This document shows positions 1-13,845 of a stretch of DNA of 64,000 nucleotides, piece by piece (position 1 is the stretch's first letter; each line of letters opens with the position of its first letter). The notes under the pieces are model-generated. The model was not told where the DNA came from and did not search any database. It saw only the letters and a list, made by a program, of their open reading frames with translations. This stretch comes from Azolla caroliniana (lineage: Eukaryota > Plantae > Polypodiophyta). The stretch covers positions 6,882,001 to 6,946,000 of the forward strand of contig JBHGNT010000007.1 of assembly GCA_043228905.1 (NCBI GenBank). The letters are read 5' to 3'. A program made the position numbers and the translations under genes.

Positions 1-197
1 CTTTGTATTCTAGCATTTAGTATGAGTCATAGAATCATATTCTATGACACATAACTTATGAGCTTTCACATTCCCCATGCTCCATGAGCCTTGTAGTTAA
101 TGAAGAGAGAGGGTGACTACATAAAGCACCCTCCTCCCACCTTGTATCATGTTGAGTCTTTCTCCTTTGTCAATAGACATTTACCTTGCGTATTCCT

Positions 198-234
<37 letters not shown>

Positions 235-2614
235 CACACACATAACTCATATCACTTCCGCTTCACAAGAATCAATCTCTTGATTCTTTACACATCATAT
301 AGAGCTTTTCATTATTAAAATTTGTATGTCAAATGACATGTTAGTTTTTGCATTCTCATGTCATAAGACATACATCTTAAAAAAATGCATGTCAAAAACC
401 TTTAATACTAACTCGTCAAATTCAGGCCCTGATGCAAAGTATCAAACACCACAAGGCAATCACACTTTGTGAGGAAAAAGTGAAAACGTTGTATAGAAAG
501 TGCAATAGAAAACCAACTATTTGATGCGAAGTATTAGTTAGAGGAGTGAATTTATTTAGGAGAAGGCAACAAAAAGGATTCACTTTCATTAAATGGAATC
601 TAACAATTCTTTCCTATGAAAATCCATATATCGTTTATTTATTTTCCAAAGAAAACCTACTTCATATTAGTTAGCAAACATTTAACAATATATCGTTTAT
701 TGCCTCGTTTAGGATTCACACTAAAAAAATGCTTAGACACACACATTTAAGCAAAAACATATAATTACTTAGGATCAATGGTTCATGATACTTAGTCCAC
801 ATGACAATAAGAGAGTAGGAAATTACTTAAACATTTAACTAAGTACATAGAGAGTCAGGGAGGTAGTGAACTATAACAATGGTTTCTATTATCATATCTT
901 TGCATTTAAGGCTTAAAAAGTAATTTTTATTTATAACTAATGGAAGGAGTTTTTTTTGGAAAAGAAGATGAAGAAGAAGTAATTTTTATGTAATTGACCG
1001 TTGGAAAGACTAATTATCTATAATTCCCAAAATGCCCATTAATTAGTCTGTCCTATTTATATCCCTTTGTTCCTACCTATATATTCTAAATTTCTATACT
1101 TATACGAATCTACATTGCTGAAACGAAATTGCATCCCCTCATAAAATGAATAATAGGCCCCTACTAGCTCCATCCTAATTTCTTTGTTAGATCTAACCGA
1201 TCTAACTTTTCAGCCTCACAACTAGAAGTGGCCACAGTAGGCTGCTTCTTGCTCAACCAAGATATGCATGAGCTACCAAGCATGAAGCAAAAACCACTTG
1301 TGGACACACGAGTGTCATAACAACTAGCCCAATCAAAGTCAGAAAAAGCATGTAGGTCTGGCAATAGTGATCCCCCCTTGGGATAAAACAACCCAAGTGA
1401 TCGGGTACCACTCAAGTAGCGAAAGATGCGCTTAACTGCCTGCCAATGCTTAACTCATGGGCAATGCATAAACCTGCTCATCTGAGAGACAATAAACTGA
1501 ATGTCAGGTCGGGTTATGCATAAGTAAATCAAGCATCCAACTGCCTACTGATAGAGAAGAACATCAAATACATCTCCAACATCATGAAGACTCAAACGTA
1601 AATCTCCCTCCATTAGAGTGGCAATAGGTTTATAGTCTTCAAGGCCAAAACACTGTAATAATGTGTCGATGTATTTTGATTGACACAAAGCTATTCCACC
1701 ATCAACTTGCATGAATTGAATGCCCAAATAATGATGCAATTGCCCCAAATCTGACATCTCAAAGGAGGCATACAAATCAGCCTTATAGTCAACAATATGC
1801 TTCTCATTGGGACCAGTGAGCAACATTGACATACACAACCATGATTAGAAATACATCATCAGCATGCTTAACATATAAGGTGCTTTCAGTTGGACTATTC
1901 TCGAACCCAAATGCAATCAAATAGGCATATATCTTTTCATACCAAGAACGCGGTGCTTGCTTCAAGCCATATAATGCCTTTCGCAACCTACGCACTTTGT
2001 GTTCATGCCCTTTTTGCACAAAATCACGGGGCTGGGATACATACACTTCCTCATGAAGATCACCATTTAAAAATGCTATTTTAATGTCCAACTGATGTAC
2101 ATTCCAACCACGATGAGTTGCAACTGCATAGATGCTACGAATAGTAGTCATACGGCAGGTGGGAGCAAAGGTCTCATCAAAATCAATGCCTTTTTCTTGG
2201 GCATAACCTTTCGCAACAAGCCTAGCCTTATACCTGTCAATTGTTCCATCAGGTTTACACTTTAGCTTATATACGCACTTAGTGCCAATAGCCTTCTTGC
2301 TAGGAGGCAAGTCACATAAAGACCATGTACCAGTCTTCATAATAGCCGCATATTCCGATTGCATAGCAGCCATCCAATTTTCTAAATTTTGTGCTTCATC
2401 AAAAGAAACAGGCTCACTCTCATTGCAAAGACTAGAGGCAGCCATTGCATAACAATCTGATGCAAAAGAAGCACTATGATAACTTGAACGAGTACGGTAT
2501 GGCAAAGGAAAATCCAATTTACTATCTTGCAAAGTCTGCAACAACCATCTAGGCACAGTCTTTGCCTCCTCTATATCAGCCCTCTCATTAATAAGTGCAT
2601 CATGTAAGTTTGCA

Positions 2615-2703
2615 TCAGAAATAGAATGATCTGCATCAGAAATGGAATGATCTACATCAGAAATGGAATGATCTTCATCAGAAATGGAATGATTTGCATC
2701 ATT
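2615..2703 (-). repeat. 21-bp coding tandem repeat (HSISDxD x4) in the Copia INT-RT linker
   Basis: gcatcagaaatggaatgat units repeated; protein HSISDEDHSISDVDHSISDADHSISDA. Confidence 0.85.
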
Positions 2704-5616
2704 ATGTGTAGCTTCCAAAGGTTGAGAAGGTGCCTCAAGTGGGTAACACTTAATTGTCCACTTGAAAACAGAGGCAACAAAGTGTCATACACATCTTTGG
2801 AGCTAACTGATGTCTCCTTCGTACATGAAAGAAGTGGCTAAATTGCATCCGCCACAAAAACAACATCACGGCTAGCCAAAATGCGTTTAGATCGTGGATG
2901 ATACAAACGATAGCCTTTACTTTCAGAACTATATCCTACAAAAATACATTTCACTACTTTATCATCCAATTTTTTGCGTTGTTGTTTAGGCACTAATGCA
3001 TATGCCAAACAACCAAAAACACGCAAATGAGCAACAGATGGCTTTTGACCATGCCAAGCTTCATATGGAGTGATAGAGTGCAGTGCTTTAGTGGGACACC
3101 TGTTAAGTACATATGCTGCACACATGACAGCCTCAAGCCAGAAACTATGTGGTAAGACTTGACTTTTGACCATACACATCGCCATTTCCATGAGTGACCC
3201 GTTCTTTCTTTTAGCAACTCCATTTTGTTGAGGTGTATACGGCACTGTACACTGATGTTTTCTCCCACGTTCAGCCAGAAATGCATTAAACTCAGAAGAC
3301 ATATACTCCCCCCCTTGATAAGAACGGAGGGTGCCCATTTTACATGATGACAAATTCTCAACCAAAGCTAGAAATTGTTTGAAGCACAGAAAAACTTCGG
3401 ACTTTGCCTTCAATGGATATACCCATGCATGCCTAGAAAAGTCATCAATGAAAGTCACAAAATAAAGATAGTTCCCAAGAGAATGTGTCTGCATAGGACC
3501 ACAAACATCGCTATGAACAAGCTGCAATTTCTGCGTAGCTCAAACTGAACCATCTTTTGGAAAGGATGAATGGTGCATTTTGCCCAAAATGCAACCTTCA
3601 CAAACATGCCTCTGAGGTGCCTCAAGTTTGGGCAAGGAGGACACCATTTCAGATTTTTGCAGGCGAAGCAAACTTGCAAAATTCAGATGACCAAAGCGTG
3701 CATGCCAAATCTTTGCATCTGAAATAGCCTGAGAATCTTGTATTGCACAGGCTGAATCATTTATAGATCTTTCATAATCTATGAGCTTATACAACCCATG
3801 ACATAAAATGCCAGAAGCAATAATAACATCCCCATTGGACAGATCATGAATTGTACACCTGTCATCAACAAATTTAACAACCAAGCCAACCTTGGCTAAT
3901 GCTGAAATTGATAACAGATTTTTCTTGATCCCTGGCACAAACAAAGCATTTGACAAGATGAAAGGACTACCATTAACAGTAGTCAAAATGATCTTACCAA
4001 CACCCATAATTGGATAAGATGAGTTATTGGCACATGTGACAATATTCCCTGTAGGGGCAGGCTCCAATGAAGTGAAGAAATTGCGCTGCGAGGTAATATC
4101 TTTGGTTGCCCCACTGTTGAAGTACCAAACATCTGATTGTACAATAGACATACATTGTTCAAGTGAAGATGGGTCAAAACTACAAATAGTAGTAAATGCC
4201 CATTCTTCATTCTGCCCAAGATTTGCAGACTTTGTTTTTGGTGCAGAAACTTCTGCAACAACGAGTCCTGCCTCTTTTTTCTTTGCCTCTTTTGCAACCA
4301 AATTTGGACAATTCTTTATAATATGATCAATTCCTTTACAATATTTGCAAAATAGTTTTTGTTTCTGCTCTTGTTTTTTTTCATTCACTTGTGAATTATT
4401 AGCAAATCTTTGCTTGCTAGCAGAAGAGTTCCATTTACCTTTGCCCTTCTGACTAGCTAGGAAAGCTTGATTTGCAACACGCATAATAGACCTGTTTTTC
4501 CTAGACTGATCTTCCTGTAACTAGCTCGTCGAATGATAAGGCATTGGGATTGCCTTTCATCATTAAACGAAGAGTAGAAGCAAAACTCTGATATGAATCA
4601 GGAAGACCATTTAGAACGGTTTGCACAAGTGAACTATCTGATATCATTTCATTAGCAGAAATTAATTGTTCCTTTAAATCTTTGATTTTTGTAAGAAAAC
4701 TCTCCATAGAATCACCTTCATTCATGTTCTCGCTCTCCAATTATTTTCGGAGATAAGCAACACGAGCCTCATTTCTTGCTTGGTACAAAGTGGTAAGAGT
4801 ATCCCAAGCATCCTTTGCTGTCTTACAAGAGCGAATATGGGGAATAATGGCACGTTTCACAGACAAAGCTATCAAAGCATGTGCCTGAGCATATCTACCA
4901 TCCCAACGAAGTTGCTCTGCAGTTGGTACAATAGAAACTATAGCATGGGCATGAGCAGGATGATCAACATCCTCAACATAATTAGTACCATCAACATTTG
5001 TGTTCTCAACAAGAGGACATTTTTTAGCCCCTTGAACCACATTCCACAACCCCTTTGCTACCAATACATGGCGCATCATATAAGCCCAAAGAGGGTAATT
5101 TGCTCCATCCAATTTATCCTCAACAACAAGCATTCAAAATACATCGTTGTTCTCAGCCATGGCCGTGGACTGAACACGTTTTGATGTAAAAAAATGGACT
5201 ACTGAATGAATAAAAGGGAATAACATACCTCTTTGACTTGAAAGATGAACAAGTGAAGAGAAAAGGGAAGCAAATCTGATTTTTGAGGGTTGTATGAATG
5301 TCTTGGAAGACTCAAGGAGGTTTTTTCTAGGATTGAATCGACTTGGAGGTAGAAAAAAAAACACAACTAAAATTATGCAGAGAAAGAAAACACGCAAAAA
5401 TTGGTTTTTTCAACAACAGAAAAATGCCACCACAGATGGCACAAATGGACTGCGTATGAGAGTTGTTGATTTGCTGCTCAAATGTCGCCTTTTGGCTCTG
5501 ATACCATTGTTGGGTTCTTGCTTTGAATGCCAAAAAGCTTCACTACTTTAGGGTCGTAAGAGTATTTTTAGACAGGGGGAAAAAACCTCCTAAAGAAGGA
5601 AAAAATGCCCCTGTAG

Positions 5617-5748
5617 TCCTAAGTGTGTTCACACACATCATTGTCCTAAGTGTGTTCACACATTACTGTCCTAAATGTGTTCACGCACATCACTATCCTA
5701 AGTGTGTTCACACATCACTGTCCTAAGTGTGTTCACACACATCACTAC
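5617..5748. repeat. 25-27 bp tandem repeat x5 inside the Copia LTR
   Basis: gtcctaagtgtgttcacac(ac)atcact units, head to tail. Confidence 0.9.
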
Positions 5749-5763
5749 CAAAATATGTCAACA

Positions 5764-6234
5764 GTGCTTTGCATCCCATCCAGAGGGACATGTTTCCTAC
5801 AAACTCCCCCTTCACTCTGGCATGGGATGCTTTGTCAATCCGACACGTCTCCGGCACACGTCCAACTTCTCTGTCGGCAACACCTTCGTCAACATGTCCG
5901 ATCCGTTCTCCACTGTGTGGATCTTCATCAGAACAAACTCCTTTTCTTCTACTCACTCCTGGAGCCAATGGTATCTCCTCTGGATGTGCTTGGTCCTTGA
6001 GTGGTTAACGACATTCTTCGCAAGGTGGATGGCACTTTGGTTGTTGCAATAGAGTTAGAATTCTTCTTGTCGAATCCCCAACTCTTCGATGAACTTCTTC
6101 ATCCAGATTATCTCCTTACTGGCTTCTGCTACGGCCATATACTCTGCTTCCATGGTTGATAATGCCAAGGCCTTCTGTAACCTCGACTGCCATGAGACAA
6201 CTCCCCAAGCATAAGTCATGACATATCCGGACGT
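5764..6234 (-). mobile_element. 3' end remnant of a Tork/Tnt1-like Copia (RNase H, PPT, first ~35 bp of 3' LTR)
   Basis: SGYVMTYAWGVVSWQSRLQK..ALSTMEAEY; PPT aactcccccttcac at ~5800; LTR start resembles that of the intact element at 26575. Confidence 0.85.
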
Positions 6235-7459
6235 TGTCGTGATGTTTTCATGCCACGATGAGAAAATAACCTCTGCCAAATTATACGAACTGATTCAAAT
6301 ATTTGTAAATGGTTGTTTAGATAAGAGATAGCTAATAACTTGAAAAGAACCACTCGCCATAGGATGATAATATTATGTGCAAATAGCTAGTTGAATCTAC
6401 GAAAAAACATAACATCAAGTAAAATATTTTAAAGCTAAATACATGTTATCAACAGATTTTTCTATTATCATTATTACGTATTTTAGCTATTAAAGTTATT
6501 ACTGACTTTTAAAGCTAAACACATGTTGTCAACACATTTAGCTATTATCACTATAAGGTAGTTTAGCTATTAAAGCTATTACCCACTTTTAAAGGTACAT
6601 ATTTGTCACCAACACATTTAGCTATTATCACTATCAGGTAGTTTAACTATTAAAGCTATTACCCACTTTTAAAGCTAAATACCTATTCAAAGCACATTTT
6701 TTTTATCACTATCAAGTATTTTAGCTATTAAAGCTATTACCCACTAATGTAGGTGCCTCTTATGCATGGGTGACACTTGGGACTCATGCATCCACCTTTT
6801 TTCGTGCATGGGTGACACTTGGCACATATGCATCCACTTTCTTCATACATGGGTGACACTTGGCACTCATGCACCCACCTTCCTCATGTATGAAAAGGGG
6901 GTGAGTAATCTTATCAAAGGGGGGGAATAACAATAGACGTGAAATATTATTGTAATGAGATAGACAACTATATTATTGTAATCATCTAGGAAATCTCAAT
7001 ATAAGCTATAACTTTTGTTTCTCCTCTTTCTTTGACAAGAAGCTCGATGCTTACTTCCCAGATTCACATTTTTCTTTTTCGTTGCACACGTACATCATGA
7101 TCAACATCATGGTGGTGAACCCGTCGTGAAACAGGGAAGTTATGAGAGATGGAGAACCAACAAGTAGTCCCGGAGCCACGGATAAACTAAGAAGCCGTTG
7201 TGGAGCCACAAATCAATGTGGTGTTGCAAATGATTGAAAGAATGATGCAAAGCCAAGAACGTGAAACTACTCTTCAACGAATCTATCATGGTATTGACAA
7301 GCTTGTAGAGAAAATAGGTCTCTTTGAAGGTAAAAATATATCTAAATTCTTACAAGTATATGTTACTGAGATGAGTAGTAAAGGGTTAAACCAACATGAG
7401 TTCAAATGAATTTTGTGAGGATGGTTGAACTCCCTTTGAGAAATAGAGTCTCTAAACTA
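6235..7459 (+). mobile_element. 5' part of a tRNA-Trp-primed Gypsy element (LTR ~6235-7109, PBS 7113-7129, gag start)
   Basis: Starts tgtcgtga after ACGT; PBS tggtgaacccgtcgtga; ORF 7200-7409 (IGLFEGKNISKFLQVY..EM) resembles gag 21143 (IGRFGGKNATSYLEAY..EM). LTR contains ~62-bp (6420-6745) and ~39-bp (6760-6890) tandem repeats. Confidence 0.75.
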
Positions 7460-10400
7460 TGCTGAATAGCACTCGGTCACAACCGAGACTCAAACACTTT
7501 ATGAAAGAACAAAACAGAAATGGAGGTTCGCACGCTTACACAGAAGAGACGACAGAGGATGTTTACGTGGAAAGCCCTAATAGGGAAAAACCACGGGAGC
7601 CCATAGAATCCAACTATCACTATATGAGAAAGGAGGTACAACTAGAGACTTAGAGGCAACGACCTCGACCTCTGTATCTTCGCCAACCGGCGACTTCACT
7701 TCTCTCTCTCTCTCTGTACTACTATAATACAACTAGGAACAACTACTAAACAATATACTAAAGTGATTGCCCTAAGTCATATTTATACTTATATGAATTT
7801 TGAGCTATTTACAAATATAGCCTCAATAGGCTCATCGTGAAACATATTTACACATATGTCCTTAGATCCGGTTTGCACTGGATCCATCCGGTTTCCGGGT
7901 CTCATCCGGAACCCTTCCGGATCCAGTTCCTTCATCTAGCTCGTCCGATCCGTCTCCTCCGGTTCTCATCCGGATCCCATCCGGAGGGAGCAAATTCCCA
8001 AGAAACTCCCCCTTCACTTCAGCATGGGATTTCTCGTTAATCCGATCCATCTTCGGCACGTGTCCAACTTGTCGGTTGAAAGGACCTTGGTCAGCATATC
8101 CGATCCGTTTTCCTTCGTGTGGATCTTCGTCAGCACGAAGTCTTGATCTTCTACTCTCTCCCGAATCCAGTGATACCTCCGTTGGATGTGCTTCATCCGA
8201 GAATGGTAGGCCACATTCTTCGCAAGGTGGATGGCACTATAACTGTCACAGTAGAGCCATAATTCCTCTTGTTAGATCCCTAGCTCTCTGATGAAGTCCT
8301 TCATCTAGATTACTTCCTTGTCGACTTCCACAATTGCCATGTACTCCGCTTCCATTGTCGACAGTGCAACGAACTTTTGCAGTCTCCATTGCCACGATAT
8401 GGCTCCCCCTGCATAGGTCATGACATATCTAGATGTAGACCGGCTGGTATCCGCATCAGCCGACATATCCGAATTCGTAAAGCCTTCCAATTGGGGTTTA
8501 CCTGAGCCGAACCGGAGGCACATACTCGAGGTGCCTTTCAAGTACCGGAGTATCCACTTGACCGCGTTTTGGTGCTCTCTTCCCGGATTGCTCATGAACC
8601 GGCTGACTACTCCAACAACATATGCAATATCCAGCCGGGTGCACACCATTGCGTACATTAAGCTTCCAACGGCAGAGGCATATGGTATCTTCGTCATATC
8701 CAGACTTCTTTGCCTTTGTCTTTGGGCTCTGCTTTCCAGACAACTTGCAATTTGCCGGAAGTGTCGATCTGATCGGTTTTGCCTTCGACATGTTGAACCT
8801 TTGAAGCACCTTTGTCACGTACTTCTCCTGTGACAGCAACAACAACTTCTTCAACCGGTCCCGGATGATGTGCATCCCCAAAATCTGTCTTGCTGGACCC
8901 AAATCTTTCATTGAGAAGGTCCGGTTCAGAGCCTTCTTCAGCATTCGGATCTTGATTTGGTCTTGTCCGACGATCATCATGTCGTCCACATATAGTAAGA
9001 GTATCAGGAAGTCGCCTCTATAAAATTTCTTCACGAACACGTAGTGGTCAGCTTGCGTCTTGTGGTACCCTTGGTCGATCATGAAGGAGTCGAACTTCCG
9101 GTACCATTGCCGGGGAGCTTGCTTCAGTCTGTATAAGCTATTCTTCAACCCACACACTAGGTGCTCCTTCCCTTTCTTCTCAAATCCTTTCGGTTACTGC
9201 ATGTAGATCTCTTCTTCGAGGTTGCCTTGTAGGAATGCCGTCTTGATGTCCAGTTGCTCTACCTCGAGGTTCATGCTTGCTGCTATGCTCAACACTGTCC
9301 GAATGGATGCCATCTTTACTACCGGGGCAAAGATCTCGTCGAAGTCCACTCCTTTCTTATGTTGAAAACCCTTCACCACGATCCGGGCCTTGCACCTCGG
9401 TGGATTTCCAGCGTGTCCGGGTTTCAACTTGTACACCCACTTGTTCCGGAGTGCCCTTTCCTTTTGGTAGCTTCGTCAGCTCATATGTATGGTTCTCATG
9501 CGAGGAATCCATCTCATCCTGCATGGCACTCAACCACTTGTGGTTGTGGGTGTCTTTCTTTGCTTCTTCGAAGCTTTCCGACTCACCCTCATCAACCAAC
9601 AACACATGTTCTGCATCCAGAATTCTCCAAGGGGCTCTTTTCTCTTTGAGAGGATATCTCCGACCTTGGTTTTCGGCAACTGGTTCCTCTGTCTGTGCCT
9701 CATCCTCATCTGATTCAGGGTCTTGTACGGTTCCAGTGTCTTCTTCTTCTTCTTCTTCTTCGGTCGGTTCATCGAGTGTCATCCGGTTACCGGCTAACTT
9801 TCGGTTTTTGTAAAAAGAATAGCGTGCAGAAGCAATAGAAAACCGAACACAGAAACACAGGTTTAATGGAGAGCTTAGAATATACACAGTACGCGAGAGA
9901 GAGAAGACACACAGAACCTCAATTCAAAATAATACTCAATCTGTACATAGGATGTGCTCAGTGAGCACTTTTATACAAGTCCATATAGACTGACAGAAGC
10001 ATAGTATGAACCATGCGTACCATTCGTGCATTCGTGTTCGAGAATGATTCAATCATTCGAGAAGGGTAAACACCCTCGAAGAATGATAAATACCATACTT
10101 TTGGATTCTTTACTTGATTTACAACATGTTCCCACTCCAGGCCTTTTTGTCTACCCATTAATTCCTAAATTACTGTAAAACGTAAATATCAAAATTTCAT
10201 CACTTCATCTCTGAAATTTCAGAAATTTTATCTCTAAAATTTTATCACAAAAATTTCTGAAATTTCATCAGAGAAATTTTTGAAATTTAATAAGAGAAAT
10301 TTCTGAAATTTCATTAGAGAAATTTTACCACTGAAATTTCATCTTTGAAATTTCATCATAGAAATTTAAACCTAATACCTATTATTAAACCTAATTATAC

Positions 10401-11103
10401 CTGAATGTCGTGAGTCGTTGGTATGCATTGTGCAGATCGTTCGAGGCTAGGTGGGAGAGGAGAGGAGAGCGTAACATTACGTGCAGAGGAGAAGGGGGAA
10501 AAAGAGGGAAAAAACAAAAATAAAATGAAAAAAAGAAGAAAAAACGAAAAAAAACACACAAATTTTTAATATCATTCGTGTTCATTTTCCAACGTAGGAA
10601 AACGAATGATATGGCTGACGAACACGAATTTTATGTGCTATGGACCGAAGTACTGACACGTACTTCAATGCTCATAATTGAGCTCTACACTAACTTCCAA
10701 AATATATTCCTACGCGGAATATCTTTCCAAAGGCCTCGCGGTTTACGCACCACTATAGCCTATTGTGCGCACGGTTTTATGCACCCAATTTACGCACTGG
10801 GTTACACACCCGATTACGCACTGAATGTTGAGCTTGTCTCTCAACAGTTTTCAACCAAGAAAGTCCTTGTGTCCTCAAACTGGTTTTTGTTGGTCGATCC
10901 AGAGTCCATCATGTTCTTCTTTGACTCCTAGTTGTTAATGGTCTTGTCTTCCATTAAGACTATGGCCCGATTCTGGAACACCTTCTTGTCGACTACATCC
11001 CACACTCGATAACCAGACACATCATTGCCGTATCCAAGAAATATGCATGGCCGGGACTTCGGGTCCAACTTTGCTCTCTTGTCCTTTGTGACATGCACAT
11101 ATG
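7460..11103 (-). mobile_element. Decayed Tork/Tnt1-like Copia, 3' half (INT C-terminus, RT, RH, PPT, 3' LTR 7460-8003)
   Basis: ORF fragments nearly co-linear with the 1372-aa polyprotein (KARIVVKGF, LLYVDDM, YASAVGSLMY, RMKHIQRRYHWIRE); PPT at 8004-8014; LTR similar to 25970-26575. Confidence 0.9.
9809..10846 (-). mobile_element. Solo LTR (Copia family related to 43104-48931) with 5-bp TSD GTTTT
   Basis: tgtaaaaa...gagcttgtctctcaaca; gtttt at 9804-9808 and 10847-10851; termini match the LTRs at 43104 and 48490. Confidence 0.85.
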
Positions 11104-13845
11104 TGTTGTTGGGGTGGGGGGTGAAGCCTTCTCCCAAGGGGGTTACAATAGAGAGAGAGAAGGAGAGAGTGAAAATAAGAATGACACCAAAATAAGAATG
11201 ACACCAAAATAAGAGGGAAAAAGTTATCCTCCATTATGCCCCATGGGTGGGGTTTATATAGTACAAGAGGTAATCGTTACAAATAAAGAATGAGACAAGT
11301 AGGGAGTTACATTACTTACCCACTTTCTCACCTCTGTACACATGCACACAAATGTGCATGTGTTCATACAGATACACAATGTACTCATCCTCACACACTC
11401 ATTCATATTATAGATACACAACAACCACATCATTACACATACCCTTATGCCTCCCAATATATTCTTATGGGTAAACATGGCACACCTATGGGACAGTGCA
11501 TTGCACGGTGAACCCACTCGCCATGACAACTCTTCTTGACCGGAACTCCATCGGTCATCTCAACGGTCGGAAATCCCTCGTCCGGATCACTGCTCTACGA
11601 TCGATAACTTCAATCGGAGCTTTGCTTGACTCGAACCTTCTTGTTCGGTCAACACAAGTCAAGATTGGATCATACACAAATCGGCTAGTTCAATGTGGCA
11701 TGGGTCGTGAAATCGTGTTGTGCATTTGTGTATTCTTTCTTTCATGTGAGTTTTGTTTTCGAAATTTCATGATTTGTACCCCTTGTTTTTAGAAAATTTT
11801 CATTTTTACTCTAAAATTTTAGAAATTTTAATGGATACCCTTGAGCTTGTGAAATTCTCCTCTCTACCCCTCGTCTCTTTCTTATTGCTTTTCTTCTTGT
11901 CTTCTCTCTGGCTGTCTCCGCGGCCGTACTCTTGACCACGCGTCTCAACCGCGCTCTTGGCCACACGTCTCAGCCGTACTCTTGGCCACACTTCTCGGCC
12001 GTGCATCTCGGCCGTACTCTTGGCCATGCTCTCGGCTGCACGCCTCCTGAATGAAGTAGATATTTCAATATGATCAACAACACCGCTTTTGGAGCCTAAG
12101 CTTCCGTCGTAATCTTTTCATTCCTGCTCCTCCTCCTACTGATTCTGCTTCTGATTCTCCCCATTCTGCATCCACCCGTGAATTAGAATCCATACCTCAA
12201 TCAGTCGTCTGCGATGCAGGGATTAGGATGACCTTTCCACCTCCCTTGCCCATGAAGAATCAGCCCATAAGCTATGTCTTTCATCCATTGCTACTGCTAC
12301 CCATGGTTGGATGACCCTGCTCCTGGTTGACTATATAAAGCTTGTCCAATTTGCATCACCTCTTGGTTGAGAGCTGCCATTGCATACTTGATAGCATGTG
12401 TTGAGCCTCTAGCTACCACATCCTTCAACTCTTGGATTTTGGCTTGTACTTTCCCCTTCATTTCAGATGGCACTTCTAGTTTGAGTCAAAGTTGACAGCT
12501 CCATTTTTTGCTTTCTCTACAGCTTCTGTAAGCCTTTGCAGTGCTTGCTTGTCTTTGAGGAGTTCAATGCCTTCATCTTTCTTGAAATTTGATGCCCACC
12601 CTTCTACAGTACGCTTATCAAAATCATCTCCACCAAGGTGAGTATCTCCAAACGTGGACAACACCTCAAAGACTCAATCACCTTGCATACTACTATTTTT
12701 CCTCAACTCACATACCTATGAACTATCAGTAAAATGGGCATCGATCACTTCGTCTCCTGAAGATTTGGCTAAAGAAGCATTATTAGGCCTTGCAGTATCT
12801 TCTGGTCCTATTCCAACTGATGATGGCTCTATTCTCTTTAGGTATTACTCTCTTGGGGTACCTCATGATGAGGTCTCTGATGATAATAATGGAATGCAAC
12901 TCCGGAAGCATATGAGTGAGGCATGCAAAGGGTAAACAATAGAAGCCATGGGAGGAAGAGATGGACTATGATGTGTAGTCCTTACAAAATGACATACACA
13001 GAGATGGAAAGTTTAGAGAGTGAATCAGAAGCGGAAGAAATCGCTGATGGTGAGAAAAGTATAGGCGGATCTCATAGATCTATGGAAATCTTAAAAATGA
13101 TGGATTCGAAGCAGAAGCAGAAGCAAAAGTCTTTTCTAAAGAGGATTAACACACATAGGTGGGACGAAAACCTTGTGCTCCTTGATCACAATTGGCTTCT
13201 GAACATCGAAGAACAAGCAAGAAGTTTTAGGGTTAACCGAGGGACGGTGGGGGGCTTTGTTAGGGTTTTTCAGGCCCAAATATTTCTCACAACAGTGATG
13301 GAGAATCAAAGCTCGGCTTCACATAGAGAGTCCAAGCTCAAATGACACTTGCTAATACAGATAAGACACACATACAGGGAGAGAAGGAGGGATTAGTGAT
13401 CGTGAGGGAGAGTGAGGGAGCGAGAGAATGACCTCTTCTCACGGTAGGGTCGTCCCATCAAGCGTGCCAAAAGTGTTGTTGGGGTGGGGCTTCACCCCCC
13501 TCCCAAGGGGATTTACGTTAGAGAGAGCGAAGAAGAGTGAGAATACAAAATGACACAAAAATGAGAGGGGGAAAATTGTATATTCATTACATGCCCATAA
13601 GGGGTTTATTTCTAGGCTTCACCCCCCTCCCAAGGGGAGTTACGTTAGAGAGAGCGAAGAAGAGTGAGAATACAAAAGGACACAAAAATGAGAGGGGGAA
13701 AACTATATATTCATTACATGCCCATAAGGGGTTTATATAATACATCCAATGTTACGGTTACATGACCGTTACGCACTCTTGTACACACATGCACATAATT
13801 GTGCATGTGTCCATACACATACTCATCCTCACACACTCATGCACA
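11104..13845 (-). mobile_element. Non-autonomous LTR element (LTRs ~11104-11528 and 13474-~13845) with tRNA-Arg-like PBS and captured host-gene fragments
   Basis: Both LTRs begin tgttgttggggtgggg and share the downstream sequence. The PBS-like gtcccatcaagcgtgcca (13452-13469) resembles the TGGCACGCCC type of Tat-like elements. No gag/pol seen. The 5' LTR has an internal ~129-bp duplication and is cut off by the next element. Confidence 0.7.
12317..12829 (-). pseudogene. HSP70: Captured, rearranged fragments of plastid-stromal HSP70 (cpHsc70-type)
   Basis: Minus strand: [57 protein letters not shown] (12479-12682); VPSEMKGKVQAKIQELKD..AMAALNQEVMQIGQALYSQPGA (12317-12478); SGDEVIDAHFTDSS* (12717-12760). 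Confidence 0.9.

Larger units (their letters stand above)
1164..5763 (-). mobile_element. Decayed Ty1/Copia LTR retrotransposon (gag-PR-INT-RT-RH), truncated within RNase H at ~1210; 5' LTR 5508-5763
   Basis: Fragmented ORFs: gag (4741-5160), zinc knuckle CKYCKGIDHIIKNC, GAG-pre WHARFGH, INT HSDVCGP/YTPQQNG, RT YKARLVAKG/LYGLKQAPR, RH WLSKKQPTVATSSCEAE. Met-i PBS (gctctgatacca, 5495-5506) next to a TG...CA LTR. Confidence 0.93.

Noticed and set aside
5508-5812. One LTR apparently shared by two different Copia elements (PBS on one side, PPT on the other)
   Set aside because: Better explained by nesting: a TG..CA LTR (5508-5763) inserted ~35 bp into the 3' LTR of a Tork-like element.
5617-6890. 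CRISPR-like short repeat arrays
   Set aside because: Head-to-tail repeats with no unique spacers, inside LTRs, in eukaryotic DNA with no cas genes.
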